Source: Octopus vulgaris
Lineage: Eukaryota
Direction of reading: 5' to 3'
Assembly: GCA_951406725.2 (NCBI GenBank)
Contig: OX597820.1
Location: 8,990,001-9,054,000, forward strand
DNA: 64,000 bases
The notes beneath the pieces are model-generated. The model saw nothing but the letters and a program-made list of their open reading frames with translations. It did no database searches and was not told the DNA's origin. The translations under genes were made by a program, and so were the position numbers. Shown here piece after piece: positions 13,059-26,610 of the stretch (the stretch's first letter is position 1; every line of letters begins with the position of its first letter).

Positions 13059-13311
13059 GGTACTACTTAATTAGAGTGGGCCCGGTGCGCGCACTCGCGT
13101 ACTCGCGCATCCGCGCTAGCTAGTCGTGACTAGTCGATCCTACAACGACCACCTAGCAAAGTAAATAAAACACAAAATAAATAATTTTTTTACACAAAGT
13201 AAATAATTTTTTTTAAAACAAAGTAAAAACAATAACACAAAGTAAGGATCGACTAGTCACGACTAGCTTGCGCGAGTGCGCGCACCGGGACCACTCTTCT
13301 TAAGTAGTACC
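13059..13311. mobile_element. MITE with long GC-rich TIRs and a 10-bp TSD (Mutator-like)
   Basis: GGTACTACTTAA...TTAAGTAGTACC; TSD TAATCATAGC at 13049-58 and 13312-21. Confidence 0.88.
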
Positions 13312-13582
13312 TAATCATAGCTTATTGTCAGAACCAAATATTGTAAGATTACATTAAAATTCTGTCTGTATTATTCACAATGTCCTTAAGTCCTGTTGTA
13401 ATCTCACATTGACAGTTTCTACGAAATATATATATACACAGTGAAGTCGGTCTTCTTAATAAGTTCTCAGACATACACCATAGGCTTTTATTGGTAAATC
13501 TATAGTTTCACACCAGACTCGATTTCGGCAGCACTAATTACTTGTTTATATTAAGTATGTCAATTAGTGCAGCAATTATATT

Positions 13583-13917
13583 CTTTTACTTGTTTCAGTC
13601 ATTTGACTGCGGCCATGCTGGAGCACCGCCTTTAGTCGAGCAAATCGACCCCGGGACTTATTCTTTGTAAGCCCAGCACTTATTCCATCGATCTCCCCCG
13701 CCAAATCGGTTAATTAACGGGGACACAAACACACCAGCATCGGCCGCCAAGCAATGCCAGGGGGACAAACACAGACACACAAACACACCCACACATATAT
13801 ATATATATACATATATGCGACAGGCCTCCTTCAGCTTCCGTCCACCAAATCCACTCACAAGGCCCTGGTCGGCCCGAGGCTACAGCAGAAGGCACTTGCC
13901 CAAGATGCCACGCAGTG
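13583..13917 (-). mobile_element. SINE family A
   Basis: Reverse match to 1117-1508. Confidence 0.85.
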
Positions 13918-14231
13918 TATATTATGTGTACCTGTTGCTTTGGTGTATGTTATTCCCATAATTAAACCTCGTTTAATCCTAAATTATGATATATAATCCC
14001 TATATACTTACTTACATGGATGGTAATCCTTTAGAGATGGTATATCAAAGTTGAAACTATTTGTTCGCCAATTTCCTTAAAAAAGAAAATTATTCCTTTA
14101 ATTTATTTTCCACCTGAATCGCTTATATTTATGTATAATTGTGTGTCTGTGTTTATGTGCATGTATGTATAATGGTATATGTACACTTACATACACAAAA
14201 ATGAATAAACAAGCCATTCAGCTGCAATATA

Positions 14232-14633
14232 TCTTTATATATAAAAGTAAAGTTGTGTGCTGTCTGTCTCCTACGATTTAGATTCCTAACTACTCCCACA
14301 TTTTGCGGTGCAGTTTAACCAAAACCGGGTATCTTATAGTCGTGATTTATATCGAGCCCTTCTGGGTATTAGCGCGCGTCTACGATGAGTCTACAATTTT
14401 TAAAATAATTTACCATCATTTTTTTCCATTTTAATGCATTTTTTCGCTATTATATAAGGGAAGTAACTCTCTAAAAATGTCTACGATGAGTCAACGATTT
14501 AAAAAATAATTTACCGTAATTTTTTTTCCATTTTTTATGCATTTTTTTTGCTATTTTTTGGCTATAACTCTCTAAAAATGCTTATATAGTTATTTCCCTT
14601 ACAAACCCGAGCAACGCCGGGCGATACTGCTTG
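14232..14633 (+). mobile_element. Non-autonomous Helitron, family H1
   Basis: Same termini as 10460-10972 (CTAG mutated to CTTG); internal duplication of about 100 bp. Confidence 0.83.
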
Positions 14634-16053
14634 TATATTATATATTAAAGAAATAAAAATAATATTACGGTTGAGGTTTGGATCGCTGCAGCCAAGTGTT
14701 TAAATTAAACAACCTACTACTTTAACCAACATACTCTAGCTACAAATAATGAACTGTTTTTTACTGTCTACCATCTTAGATTATTTTATTATTTATGATT
14801 TTAATTCTCTCCTTGACAAATTCTTAATCCGATCTTCTAAATCCAGGGAAACAAAACTCTGACACTTCGTATCTCTCGTAGTTTTTTAGTCGATCGATGA
14901 AAACAACATCCAAGCTTTATTTCTTTTCTTCTTTTTTTTTTAATCTTTTGTTGTTACATATTTCAGTCATTTGAGTGTGGCCGGGGCCCCACCTTGAATG
15001 ATTTTAGTCGAACAAATCGTAACCAAGACTTATTTTTGCTTTAAAGCCTGGTACTCATTCTATCAGTTTCTTTTGCCGAAACACTAGTTTACGGGGACAT
15101 AAACACACCAACACCCGATGTCAAGCAGGTGTGGGGACACAAAGACAGACATACACACACATTTATATGCTGGGCTTCTTTCAGTTTCCGTCTACCAAAT
15201 CCACTCGCAAGGCTTTGGTTGGCCTGAGTCTATAGTAGAAGATACTTGCCCAAGGTGCCTCACAGTGAGACTGAACTTCAAAGCATGTGGTTGGGAAGCA
15301 AGCTTCTTACCACACAGCCACACAGTCTGTGTGTTCATCAATTGTCTCAAACTCTTATCAACCACCCACTCTGATTTCCTCAGTCAATTCAAATTGTTGT
15401 CATTTGTAATAAAGGATGAAAGGTCTGTAGCACTTGAGGGGTGCAAGTCTCATCCCTTACATTAAATTATTTGTCAAAGGAAAAGCCAAGACTTCAAATA
15501 TCTTTAAACACCATAAAAATTGCAATAATATATATATATATATATTTCTTCAAGGCAATTTGGTAGCCTTGGAGCTAGTCGCTGTAGTTAAATGGTGTGA
15601 ACCAAATGCTGTCTCGTTCCAGCATAGTGTAGCTTCGCCACGTGGTGGTGGCAGCTTGAGGAGAGATGTGAGAACGCATCTGTTCTGTTCGCTGTCAGCT
15701 TCAAGAGAGATCGATGCACGAGAAGTTTTTGCTGCTGGTAGTTCTTTGTGCATGCGCATGAGGGAACTTCTGGTGGCCTCCCGGAAGAAATCCAACTCTG
15801 CGCATGCACGCTGAAGACTTCCAGAATGGCATCACTACACATTTAATGTTTATAAATGAAAAGGTAGTGCTCTTAAACTTATGCTCACTTCTGCTGAGAA
15901 CAAGGATGGAATTATTATGGTTAATATTGTTTCGAATTTTGGCGCAAAGGCAGCAATTTTAATATTAGTAGAACAGTTGATTGCATCGACCCCAGTACTT
16001 GAACTTGCATTCTAGTTTATCAACCTCAAAAGGAGAAAAGGTAAAGTTGACCA

Positions 16054-16462
16054 GGCGCAGGAGTGGCTGTGTGGTAAGTAGCTTACTAACCAACCACATG
16101 GTTCCCGGTTCAGTCCCACTGCGTGGCATCTTGGGCAAGTGTCTTCTGCTATAGCCCCGGGCCGACCAATGCCTTGTGAGTGGATTTGGTAGACAGAAAC
16201 TGAAAGAAGTCTGTCGTATATATGTATATATATATATATATATATGTATGTGTTTGTGTGTCTGTGTTTGTCCACCCAGCATTGCTTGACAACTGATGCT
16301 GGTGTGTTTACGTCCCCATCATTTAGTGGTTCGGCAAAAGAGACCGATAGAATAAGTACTGGGCTTACAAAGAATAAGTCCCGGGGTCGATTTGCTCAAC
16401 TAAAGGCGGTGCTCCAGCATAGCCGCAGTCAAATGACTGAAACAAGTAAAAGAGTAAAAGAG
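16054..16462 (+). mobile_element. SINE family A, full length
   Basis: Match to 1117-1508. Confidence 0.88.
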
Positions 16463-18928
16463 AGAGAGTAAAGAGCAATAATTGAACTCGAAGAGTAATG
16501 AGTTGGAAGAGATGCCACTAAACACTTTGCCTGACGTTCTAAGGATTCTGCCAGATTTCTGCCTTCTGTGTGTGGTTTATTTTGAATTAGAATAAAGCAG
16601 TGAGCTGGCAGGGTTGTTACTGTGCTGGGCAAAATGCTTGGTGGCATTTCATTATCTTTATGTTCTGAGTTCAAATTCCACCAGGGCCAGCTATGCCTTT
16701 CATCCGAGGGTTGATGTAATTAGAATTTATAAGCCTTATAAACCCTAAAAATTCTCTCTATCACTGCCTATGGGCATAGCGTAGTGGATAAAGGCATTGG
16801 TTAATGTAGTGCAGTCACCTTGAGGTTCTGAGTTCAAACCCAGGCAAAGCACTAAGGAGAATCACAAGACACTTGAAAAAGGCTGGAGCATACAACAGCC
16901 AAAGCACAGTGAAAGCAACAATCGAGATAAGGACACCAGTGTATATAATATATATTTCTCATCTCAGAAATATAGAATCGTATTAATCCTACAGTATATT
17001 AAATAATCCTACCTACGCAATATTTGCATGTCAAGTATCTGTGTAAACAGAAGCACTTTCATACGAGTACACAAGTGTTTTTTCTACTAGTACATAGGCA
17101 CATACATCTTTAATGCAAGAGCATAGCCATTTGGACTGTAATGTAACCTATTTTTAATTGAATCCTTGGCAAAAAATATTTTCATTATTTCCGTTGCACA
17201 TAAATCAAGGCTTCTTGTTACCATTGTTAGATTTGGCCTTTTTAAGTAATTCCCATCTAAATTAATAAAATTACATTAAAATTAATAAAATCCCTATTAA
17301 TAACATTACAATTTGCATTATAGCTACCTTCAACATGATTAGTACTATTATTATTATTATTATTACATATTAATTTAACTCCACTCAGAGATGTTTTACA
17401 TGAGGTTAGGGGTTGTAGAATAAGATAATTTGACAGTATACCTGTTTAAGTTTTTATAATATCTATGTTCTACTGGAAAGTGCTTCTTGTGTAAAGAAAA
17501 TTTTGTGTTTGCAGCTGATAGAAACAGGTTCTCTTTAAAATCGATAAAAACCAATATTTTGCAATAATAGATTGAGTAACCTTTGAAAATATGTGTACAT
17601 GTGCTTGCATTAGAATGCAAGTTAATGCAAGTTGGTTTGTATGCATGGATCTTGGATACATATACATGATTGCATGCATGTATGCACGTGCTTGTATATG
17701 TATGTGTGTGTATGTAATTATCTGTGTGCCTACAGGTGTGTATATGTGTATTTATATTAGTAGCAATAAAATGTTAATTGGGAAAGTTGCATCACATGAT
17801 GATAATAGAAAAATTACAGGACAAAATAAAATCAAGATATGTAGAAAATCTTTTGATTGAGACAAGATGTGCAAGGAATAACACTAAGAGGAAAATGATA
17901 ATAATAATAATAAATACCCTGATGCAATACCAGACAGTGGCTCTCATGGCTTCTGATCTTAACTGATTGGAAGTGTTATCACGTACATTGTTTTGTCTTG
18001 GTATAAAAGTTGGGCTATAGCAAATATTCTGCTTCTCAGTTGTTTGACCTTAACCAGTTGAGCATATCTCTTAGTGGCTGACGATATGTGCATCTCTGAT
18101 CACGAGCAGAAGTAGTGGGGGAGCATCATAGCCATACGTTGAGAGGAATTCTTTGGAGTTTGAATAATTCAGCCCTGGAAACATGGGTGTTTCGTTCAAC
18201 ATCCTTAAATAACCCTTATTCAGGGACCTTTTGAGTGGGATGGATTACTCGACCAGAAGAAAATTCTAACTGGGCCCCACCATAAGATCACCATGTCGTG
18301 CACTTATGGTTGTGATGCATGTGCCTAGTGTACCCTTATCAGACAGGTAGTCATGATGGGTATACTGGACTTTGTATATTTTACCCCAGTGTTACTTTGA
18401 TGGCATGCACTGCTCTCTCACTCAATAATAATAATAATAATAATAATGATAATAATGTTTGGTCTTTCATTCAATTAAAAAAAGAAAAAAGTAAGATTGA
18501 AAAGAGAAAAGCAGATTGAAGAAGACAAGAAATGAAGGAGGATAGAGGCAATAGTGTTTCTCCTCCCCGCAACCTTCGTCTTTCCTTCAGCAGAAGATAA
18601 TAAGTTGGGGGAGGGAGAGAAAGAAAGAGTAGACAATACTACTAACAGTAAATAGAGAGTGCAGATTAAGAAGAGAGTAATGCACAAAGTGCTGGAGAGT
18701 CAGTGAATATGAGAGGAGATAGGAGAAAGAAAGTGAGGTTGAGTGAGGCAGTGGGGCCTTCTTAGTAAAAGCCCCAGTGAGCAGGAGAGAGAAAGGGTAG
18801 ACAAAAGCAGTAATAGTAGAGAGGAAGATAGATGGAGATTGTGAAAGAGGGAGAGTGGAGGATAGATGATACTGGTGGCAGTAAAGAAAGATAGAAAGAG
18901 AAAGAGAGAAATGTTAATAGTGATAATA

Positions 18929-19160
18929 TATTTCTTTACTACCCATAAGGGGATAAACACAGAGGGGATAAACAAGGACAGACAAACGGATTAAGTTGAT
19001 TACATTGACTCCAGTGTGTAACTGGTACTTAATTTATCGACCCCGAAAGGATGAAAGGCAAAATCGATCTCGGTAGAATTTGAACTCAGAACATAACGGT
19101 AGACGAAATACGGTTACGCATTTCACCCAGCGTGCTAATGTTTCTGCCAGCTCACCGCCT
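18929..19160 (-). mobile_element. SINE family B with 17-bp TSD
   Basis: TGTTAATAGTGATAATA at 18912-28 and 19161-77. Confidence 0.9.
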
Positions 19161-20105
19161 TGTTAATAGTGATAATAGAGAGAAAGAAGAAGCGTACCTG
19201 TCACAGAGTTTGATAACAAATTATCATTAAGAAAACAGAGCAGCATATGTTACAAATATGGAATATAGAAAAGTATTCACAGAGAGAGAGAGATGACGAC
19301 AGTTTGCTATAATCATTATGGTAGATGATAGAATTAAAGGTTTTGCTGCTTCCTTACTTTAAAAGACCATAAGTTTGTTTCAGTTTGCTGTAAATGCAGG
19401 CTTATTAATCCTACTAAGAATGAAGTAGACAGAGTTAGCAAGGTTACACTCAATCCAATAAATAATTGTGTTATAATAAAAATTGTTAATCTCCCTCTCC
19501 AGAAAAATAGTGCATTGGGCTCCTGTGTCTGCTCTGACCAGGTTGCCATGGTTGGATGCCATTCCTAAAGCTGGCCACTTTACAGAGTGTACTGGGTACT
19601 TTTCTCATGGCACCAGAACTATTGAGGTCACCAAGTACTTACAAGACAAGACTCCTTGATGGAGTTGCAGTGCAGAATTGAGGGAAGTGGCATTGTGCCA
19701 GGTTTTGGCATGATAAAGCATCGAAGGGGGACAGAAACAGATGTCTTGCTGCTGAGGTGATACATGGTTCAGCTTCTTGTCTCTTTTCCTGCCACTTGAG
19801 CAGGAAAAGGTGAAAGGATGGTGGAAATGAGGCATCAGAGCATGCCCTCAAGGTACAAGACTGTGGATAAGGAGAGAGTAGAGACAGAGAATCAAAGATG
19901 ACTGAGAATGTGAAAGGAGAGGGACACATTGTAGAGATGAGGATGGAAGCAATTGCAGTGAGTGAATGATGAACATGGATGTTAGCAGGGAGAATGGGGA
20001 ATCTCAGTTTGGAACAATGTAAGGAAAATAAGGGAGGATCAAAGAAGAGGTTCTACATAAAAGGGGGCTGGAGAATGAAAGTATAATAAAACTGGAGATA
20101 AAACA

Positions 20106-20504
20106 GGCGCAGGAGTGGCTGTGTGGTAAGTAGCTTGTTTACCAACCACATGGTTCCGGGTTCAGTCCCACTGCGTGGCACCTTGGGCAAGTGTCTTCTA
20201 CTATAGCCTTGGGCCGACCAAAGCCTTGTGAGTGAATTTGGTAGATGGAAACTGGAAGAAGCCCGTCGTATATATGTGTATGTGTGTATATGTTTGTGTG
20301 TCTGTGTTTGTCTCCCCACCATTGCTTGACAACTGATCATGGTGTGTTTACATCCCCGTAACTTAGCGGTTCAGCCAAAGAGACTGATAGAATAAGTACC
20401 AGGCTTACAAAGAATAAGTCCTGGGGTCGATTTGTTCGACTAAAAGGCAGTACTCCAGCATGGCCACAGTCAAATGACTGAAACAAGTAAAAGAGTAAAG
20501 AGTA
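20106..20504 (+). mobile_element. SINE family A, full length
   Basis: Match to 1117-1508. Confidence 0.88.
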
Positions 20505-20524
20505 TAAATGATAAATAGGGAGAT

Positions 20525-20822
20525 CATTATCATCATCATTGTTTAACGTCTGCTTTCCATGCTAGCATGGGTTGGACGATTTGACTGAGGACTGGTGAAC
20601 CAGATGGCTGAACCAGGCCCCAATCTTGATCTGGCAGAGTTTCTACAGCTGGATGCCCTTCCTAACGCCAACCACTCCGAGAGTGTAGTGGGTGCTTTTA
20701 TGTGCCACCAGCACGAGGGCCAGTCAGGCAGTACTGGCAACGGCCACGCTCAAATGCTGCTTTTTATGTGCCACCTGCACAGGAGCCAGTCCAGCGGCAC
20801 AGGCAACAACCTCGCTCGAATG
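20525..20822 (-). mobile_element. RTE LINE 3' end fragment
   Basis: (CAT)n-TTTAACGTC...CATGCTAGCATGGGTTGG signature. Confidence 0.82.
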
Positions 20823-21322
20823 TTTTTTGTTTTTGTTGAAAGAAAAGGCATGGTGGCAGAGGTACACCGGGTGGATATAGTGGGTTACAATAAAAAGGAG
20901 GGTGTCAGGGTGAAGCATGAGAGGGTATTCAGGGAACAGGGACGTTCAGTGTAAATATAGTGGCATGGGATGGTGCTGGGAGTTCATTCATGTGTGTGTG
21001 TGTGTGTGTGTCCATGGGCATTCATATATGTACTTACTAGTGGTTTGTTTAGATTACTCCATAAGGAATATCCGACTTGGTTTCTCGGTTTCTCTGGACA
21101 GGTCAACAGTGTCTATTGCTGGATTACTCATTTTTACCAGCTGAGTGGACTTGAGCAACATGAAATGAAGTGTCTTGCTCTAGAACATAATGCATTATCT
21201 GGACCAGGAATAGAAACCACAGTCTTGCAATCATAAGTGCAACACTCCTAACCACTAAGCCATGCACCTCCACTTACTACAGGTTTGTTTCACTGTATAT
21301 ATTATATTGTTCCTTAAAAGAA

Positions 21323-21543
21323 AGGCGGTGAGCTGGCAGAAACGTTAGCGCGCCGGGCGAAATGCTTTCGTCTGCCGTTATGTTCTGAGTTCAAATTCCG
21401 CCGAGGTCGACTTTGCCTTTCATCCTTTTGGGGTCAATAAATAAAGTACCAGTTTCACACTGGGGTCAATGTAATCGACTTAATCCGTTTGTCTGTCCTT
21501 GTTTGTCCCCTCTGTGTTTAGCCCTTTGTGGGTAGTAAAGAAA
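21323..21543 (+). mobile_element. SINE family B, full length
   Basis: GGCGGTGAGCTGGCAGAAACG head, B-box, GTAGTAAAGAAA tail. Confidence 0.88.
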
Positions 21544-23440
21544 GGAAGAACTTTAACCTTTGACCATGGCTTTTCCTGGAATAGAAAACTCATGTTCTAC
21601 ACATATTTCATTATAAATGTGGCTTGGACACAGCCAGGTTTATGTGACAACAGAACCCAGCAGGATTAGACTACATCATCATCGTTCAACATCAGCCTTT
21701 CATGCTGGCATGTGTTGGACGGTTTGACAGGAGCTGACCAGGCAGAAGACTACACCAGACTCCTGTTTCTGTTTTGGTATGGATTTTATGGCTGGGTGCC
21801 CTTCCTAACACCTGCCACTCCAAGAGTGAACTGAGTGCTTTTTTATGTGGCACCAGTTTTGGCATGATTTTTATAGCTGGATGCCCTTCCAAATGCCAAC
21901 CACTTTACAGTGTGGACTGGGTGCTTTTTACATGGTACCAGCACTGGCATGGTCACCAAGTAACTTATAAATAGCAAAAGATTGGATGGCAACAAGCTTC
22001 ATGCTCTGAGGCAGCATGTCTCTGATCTGGGATGCAACATGCTGCAATAATTTCTCTGGTGGCAACCTGGCAAAATCTGCTATTACTGCTTTTGTTTACC
22101 CTTTCTCTCTCCTGCTCACCGGGGCTTTTACTAAGAAGGCACCACTGCCTCACTTTCTGTCTTCTATCTCTTCTCATATTCACTGACTCTCCAGCACTTT
22201 GTGCATTATTCTCTGGTGGCAACCTGGTGAAATCAGCATTAAACCCAGGTTTTTTGGTGCCATATAAAAGGCACTCATATGGGTGCCACTTAAAGAGTAC
22301 CTGTGCTGGTGTCATTTAAAAATCACTGGTGCTGATGCCACATATAAATCACCCATGCTGGTGCTACATAAAATGTATCTGGTACACTCTGTAAAATGGT
22401 TGGTATTAGGAAGAACATCCAACCATTGAGACCATGCTACAGCAGACAATTGGAGCCTGGTGGATCTCTCTAGCTTGCCAGCTCCTGTGAAAGCATCCAA
22501 CCCATGCCAGCACAAAAAACAAACATTAACTGATGATGATGATGATGATGATGATGATGAGGCAGAGGCTAGCAAACGTAATCCCAATTGCTCTTTGATA
22601 TATTTTTCTCAAAAAGGTTTCCTACTCTGGGTCCCTGTAGCACCTTCCTACTCAGTTTGATTAGGATAGAGTTTGCCAACTACAAGAACGGCCCTTTTAA
22701 GGTAGAATGGCTTTTTTAGGACATCTTTGGAGTAACATTTTCATTATTCAGTCTGCCAGAATTACAGAGTATTTGCATAACTCACTGTAATATATATGTT
22801 TTGCAAACAACTTGCACATGCAAGTGCTACCAGTCAAGAGCTCCGCATAACGGAATCCAGCAAGTGTATGGGGTCATCGGGAGAGAATGCACGCCATTTT
22901 GGGGCCTACCTCAATGGCATCAATGTGTACCGGCCCCCCTCGTTGATATGAGGCGCCACTTGCTCGATCAACTGGTTATTAAATAGAGCACAATATTCTT
23001 CTAGCCATTGCTCATCGTCTCTTTTTAGCCAAATCAAGTGGCTAGCCTCTTCCACTGTAGTTTAGATGTCAATCATGGTGGTCATGTGATTGATTTATGA
23101 TTAAAGTTTAATTATTGTCTGATATGATTCTTACTGGGAATGTTTATACTTCTTTTTATCTTATATTTTAGTCATTGAACTGTGGCCATGCTGGGGCACC
23201 ACTGTGAAAGGTTTAATTGAGCAAATCAACCCTAATACTTTTTTTTATCATATCCTGGTACTCACTCTGTTGGTCTCTTTTGCCAAACTGCTAAGTTCAG
23301 GAGATGTAAACAAATCAACACTGATTGTCAAATAACACACACAGACATTTATATCCAACCCATACCAGCATGGAAAAGTGGACGTTAAATGATGATGATG
23401 ATGATGATGGTGATATATATATATATATATTTTTTATATA

Positions 23441-23829
23441 GGCACAAGAGTGGCTGTGTGGTAAGAAGCTTGCTTCCCAACCACATGGTTTCAGGTTCAG
23501 TCCCACTGCATGGCACCTTGGGCAGGTGTCTTCTACTATAGCCTTAGGCCAACCAAAGCCTTGTGAGTGGATTTGATAGACAGAAACTGAAAGAAGCCTT
23601 TTGTATACATATGGAGATATATTTATGTGTTTGTGTTTGTCCCTCCCATCATCACTCGACAACCGGTGTTGGTGTGTTTATGTCCCCGTAACTTAGCAGT
23701 TCAGCAAAAGAGACCAATAGAATAAGTACCAGGCTTAAAAAATAAGTACTGGGGTGAATTCATTCGACTAAAATTTCAATGTGGTGCCCCAGCATGGCCA
23801 CTGCCAAATGACCAACACAGGTAAAAGAT
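23441..23829 (+). mobile_element. SINE family A, older copy
   Basis: Match to family A. Confidence 0.83.
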
Positions 23830-24133
23830 ATATATATATATATATATAGATAAGAAAGTTGGTTTGTGAAAGCACGTAGGTGAATATATAAAAAATAGTA
23901 AAGAGTGAAAAAACGACAGAAGGCTTAAATGTTAGAAAATATATATATTTGCGTCAATATGTCTGAAGAATATTAGAAAATAAAAAAAAAAAATTAAAAA
24001 AAAATTTTTTTTTTCCTTTATAATGACATAATTTTTAAAGAAAGACCGGTTTCGCATTTAGCTTTTCAAATTTCTTGTGACGTTATGTTTATGTTTAATA
24101 GAGTTATCCTTGTGTTTAAGCTCCGGAGAGTTC

Positions 24134-24166
<33 letters not shown>

Positions 24167-24566
24167 GGATAATGAACTTCCACTCGTCTTCTGTTGACCA
24201 AATCCCACTCACAAAGACTTTGGTCAGCCCTAAACTATAGCAGAAGATACTTGTCCAAGGTGCCATGTAATAGAACCGAACCCAAGACGATGTTGTTGCA
24301 AAGCAAGCTTCCCTTACCCTGTAGCCATGCTGGTACTTGTAATTTAAAGAGAAAAATGTTAGCTTTTTTGTACATGATAATTTGTAGTTTGTGAAAGAAT
24401 TAAGAATTTTTGAGAGACTGATTGTTAATAAACACATACAATCGGTGCTTATTACTAACTCTCACTGATCAACAGAAGGCGGCATGTATAATTCTATAAA
24501 ATCTACCTCTTTGATTCTTGAAACCATTACAGATTCATTGCTTGTAATAAAGCTATTCACAGTACA

Positions 24567-24943
24567 GGTGTAGGAGTGGCTGTGTGGTAAGTAGCTTGCT
24601 TACGAACCACATCGTTCCGGGTTCAGTCTTACTGCGTGGCACCTTGGGCAAGTGTCTTCTACTATAGCCTCAGGCCGACCAAAGCCTTGTGAGTGGATTT
24701 GGTCGACGGAAACTGAAAAGAAGCCCATCGTATATATATGTGTGTGTGTGTCTGTCCCCCAACATCGCTTGACAACCGATGCTGGTGTGTTTACATCCTC
24801 GTAACTTAGCGGTTCGGCAAAAGAGACCGGCAGAATAAGTACTAGGCTTCCAAATGATAAATCCTGGGGTCAATTTGCTCGACTAAAGGTGGTGCTCCAG
24901 CATGGCCACAGTCACATGACTGAAACAAGTAAAAGAGTAAAGA
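24567..24943 (+). mobile_element. SINE family A
   Basis: Match to family A. Confidence 0.87.
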
Positions 24944-25099
24944 GAGAGTATTCTTTGTCATCAAATATTTATGTTTATGTGTTTGTCATATTTCTTGAGA
25001 CATACCAATGTCATATCATCCAGTTTGTGTCTAGAAATCATTCTAATCAATTCAAATATTGTTTCCATTTTGCTATTGTCTTCTTTTCTGTTCTTCCAG

Positions 25100-25147
25100 A
25101 ATGCCATGACAGTGAACTTTCCTTCTACAAAAGATTCTCAGACCCAG
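25100..25147 (+). CDS. RIC8: RIC8 exon 2 (NAMTVNFPSTKDSQTQ)
   Basis: Polypyrimidine tract + CAG acceptor; CAG|GTATTT donor; 48 nt, phase 0-0; fills the expected 16-aa gap. Confidence 0.8.
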
Positions 25148-25827
25148 GTATTTAATGTCTGTTTATAAATCTGTTTATTACATATTGAAATTATGTAGGT
25201 TTTACTTATTACATAGCGTAAATAATACAGGTATTGTTTACACTATGTATATGGATGCTAAATGTTTAAAAAAAATCAAGTTTCCCGTGCCAGTAGCACA
25301 TAAAAAGCACCATCCGAATGTGGCTGATGCCAGTGCCGCCTGACTGGCTCCTGTGCCAGTGGCATGTAAAAAGCACCCACTACACTCTCAGAGTGGTTGA
25401 TGTTAGGAAGGGCATCCAGCTGTAGAAACATTGCCAAATCAGAATGGAGCCTGGTGCAGCCTCCTGGCATGCCAGTTCCCAGTGAAACTGTCCAACCCAT
25501 GCCAGCACGGAAAACGGACGTTAAACAATGATGATGTCGATGTATTACAGACAAGAAAGTAAATTTCCAACCCATTATAGCTGTGAAAACAGCAGAAAGA
25601 TAGGGTATTTTTCTGTCTTATTAGGGTAAAAATACCCAATCTTTCTGATGTTTTCAGAGCTGTTCTGCGTTTGAAATTTACCTTCTTGTTTTGTAAAATA
25701 CCAAACACATTTGACACTTGCAAAGGATATAACTTGGTATAAACATTATTAGGAAAATTTTCCCACCTTATTTCATAGTTCATAATCAAAACGTAAAAAA
25801 AAAAAACTGGAAATTATTTTCTATATT

Positions 25828-26358
25828 GGATGTCTGGAGATATGCTGTGACTGCGAAGACCCGACAAATAACGTGAGTTCATGGCTGTTTCCTGCACCAG
25901 GTTCACATAGAAGCCCCAGCCCATCCAAAGTACTTTGGATCGTAGGGTGATCTGCTGTGCTTCAGGAAACCTATTGAGTCAAGTACATCAACATCAAAAA
26001 AATCAAATGGAAATTGTAGTTGTGATACCTGTGCTGGTGGCACGTAAAAAGAACCATCCAAATGTGGCCGATGCCAGTGCTGCCTTGACTGGCTTCCGTG
26101 CCAGTGGCACGTAAAAAGCACCAATTGATCGTGGCCGTTGCCAGTCTCCCCTGGCACCTGTGCCGGTGGCATGCAAAAAGCACCCACTACACTCACAGAG
26201 TGGTTGGCATTAGGAAGGGCATCCAGCTGTAGAAACTCTGCCAGATCAGACTGAGCCTGGCGCAGCCTTCTGGCTTCCCAGACCCTGGTCGAACCGTCCA
26301 ACCCATGCTAGCATGGAAAATGGACGTTAAACGATGATGATAATGAAGATGATGATGA
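25828..26358 (+). mobile_element. RTE LINE 3' end (ORF tail, UTR, GAT tail)
   Basis: TGGAGATATGCTGTG ORF end, GTAAAAAGCACC repeats, (GAT)n tail. Confidence 0.85.
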
Positions 26359-26390
26359 TTAATTATATATTATTTTGTTTCTTTAACCAG

Positions 26391-26610
26391 GAAATTATTG
26401 CAGCTCTTTGTCAAAAACTTGGAGAAAAACGATCGGCTCGCTGCAACTCTGAGTGTCTAAAAACCATTCGCATCTTTAGCCGTGATACGGTCTTGGCAGA
26501 TGTTTTGGCTCTTGACTCTACATTGACTCTGTTGATGACTCATGCCTGGTTTCACCAAACCGCTGAGGAGAGTGACAAAATAACCACTTTGAAGGATGAG
26601 GACACGGAAG
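26391..26610 (+). CDS. RIC8: RIC8 exon 3 (EIIAALCQKL...KTIRIFSRD...DEDTE)
   Basis: ttaaccag acceptor; G|GTAATC donor; phase 0-1. Confidence 0.93.

Noticed and set aside
15434-15842. Overlapping ORFs as a nested gene or extra RIC8 exon
   Set aside because: No recognisable protein, and the RIC8 CDS is complete without it.
17915-18445. Unique ncRNA or exon
   Set aside because: Bounded by (AAT)n tracts with no credible ORF; likely an unclassified retroposon end.
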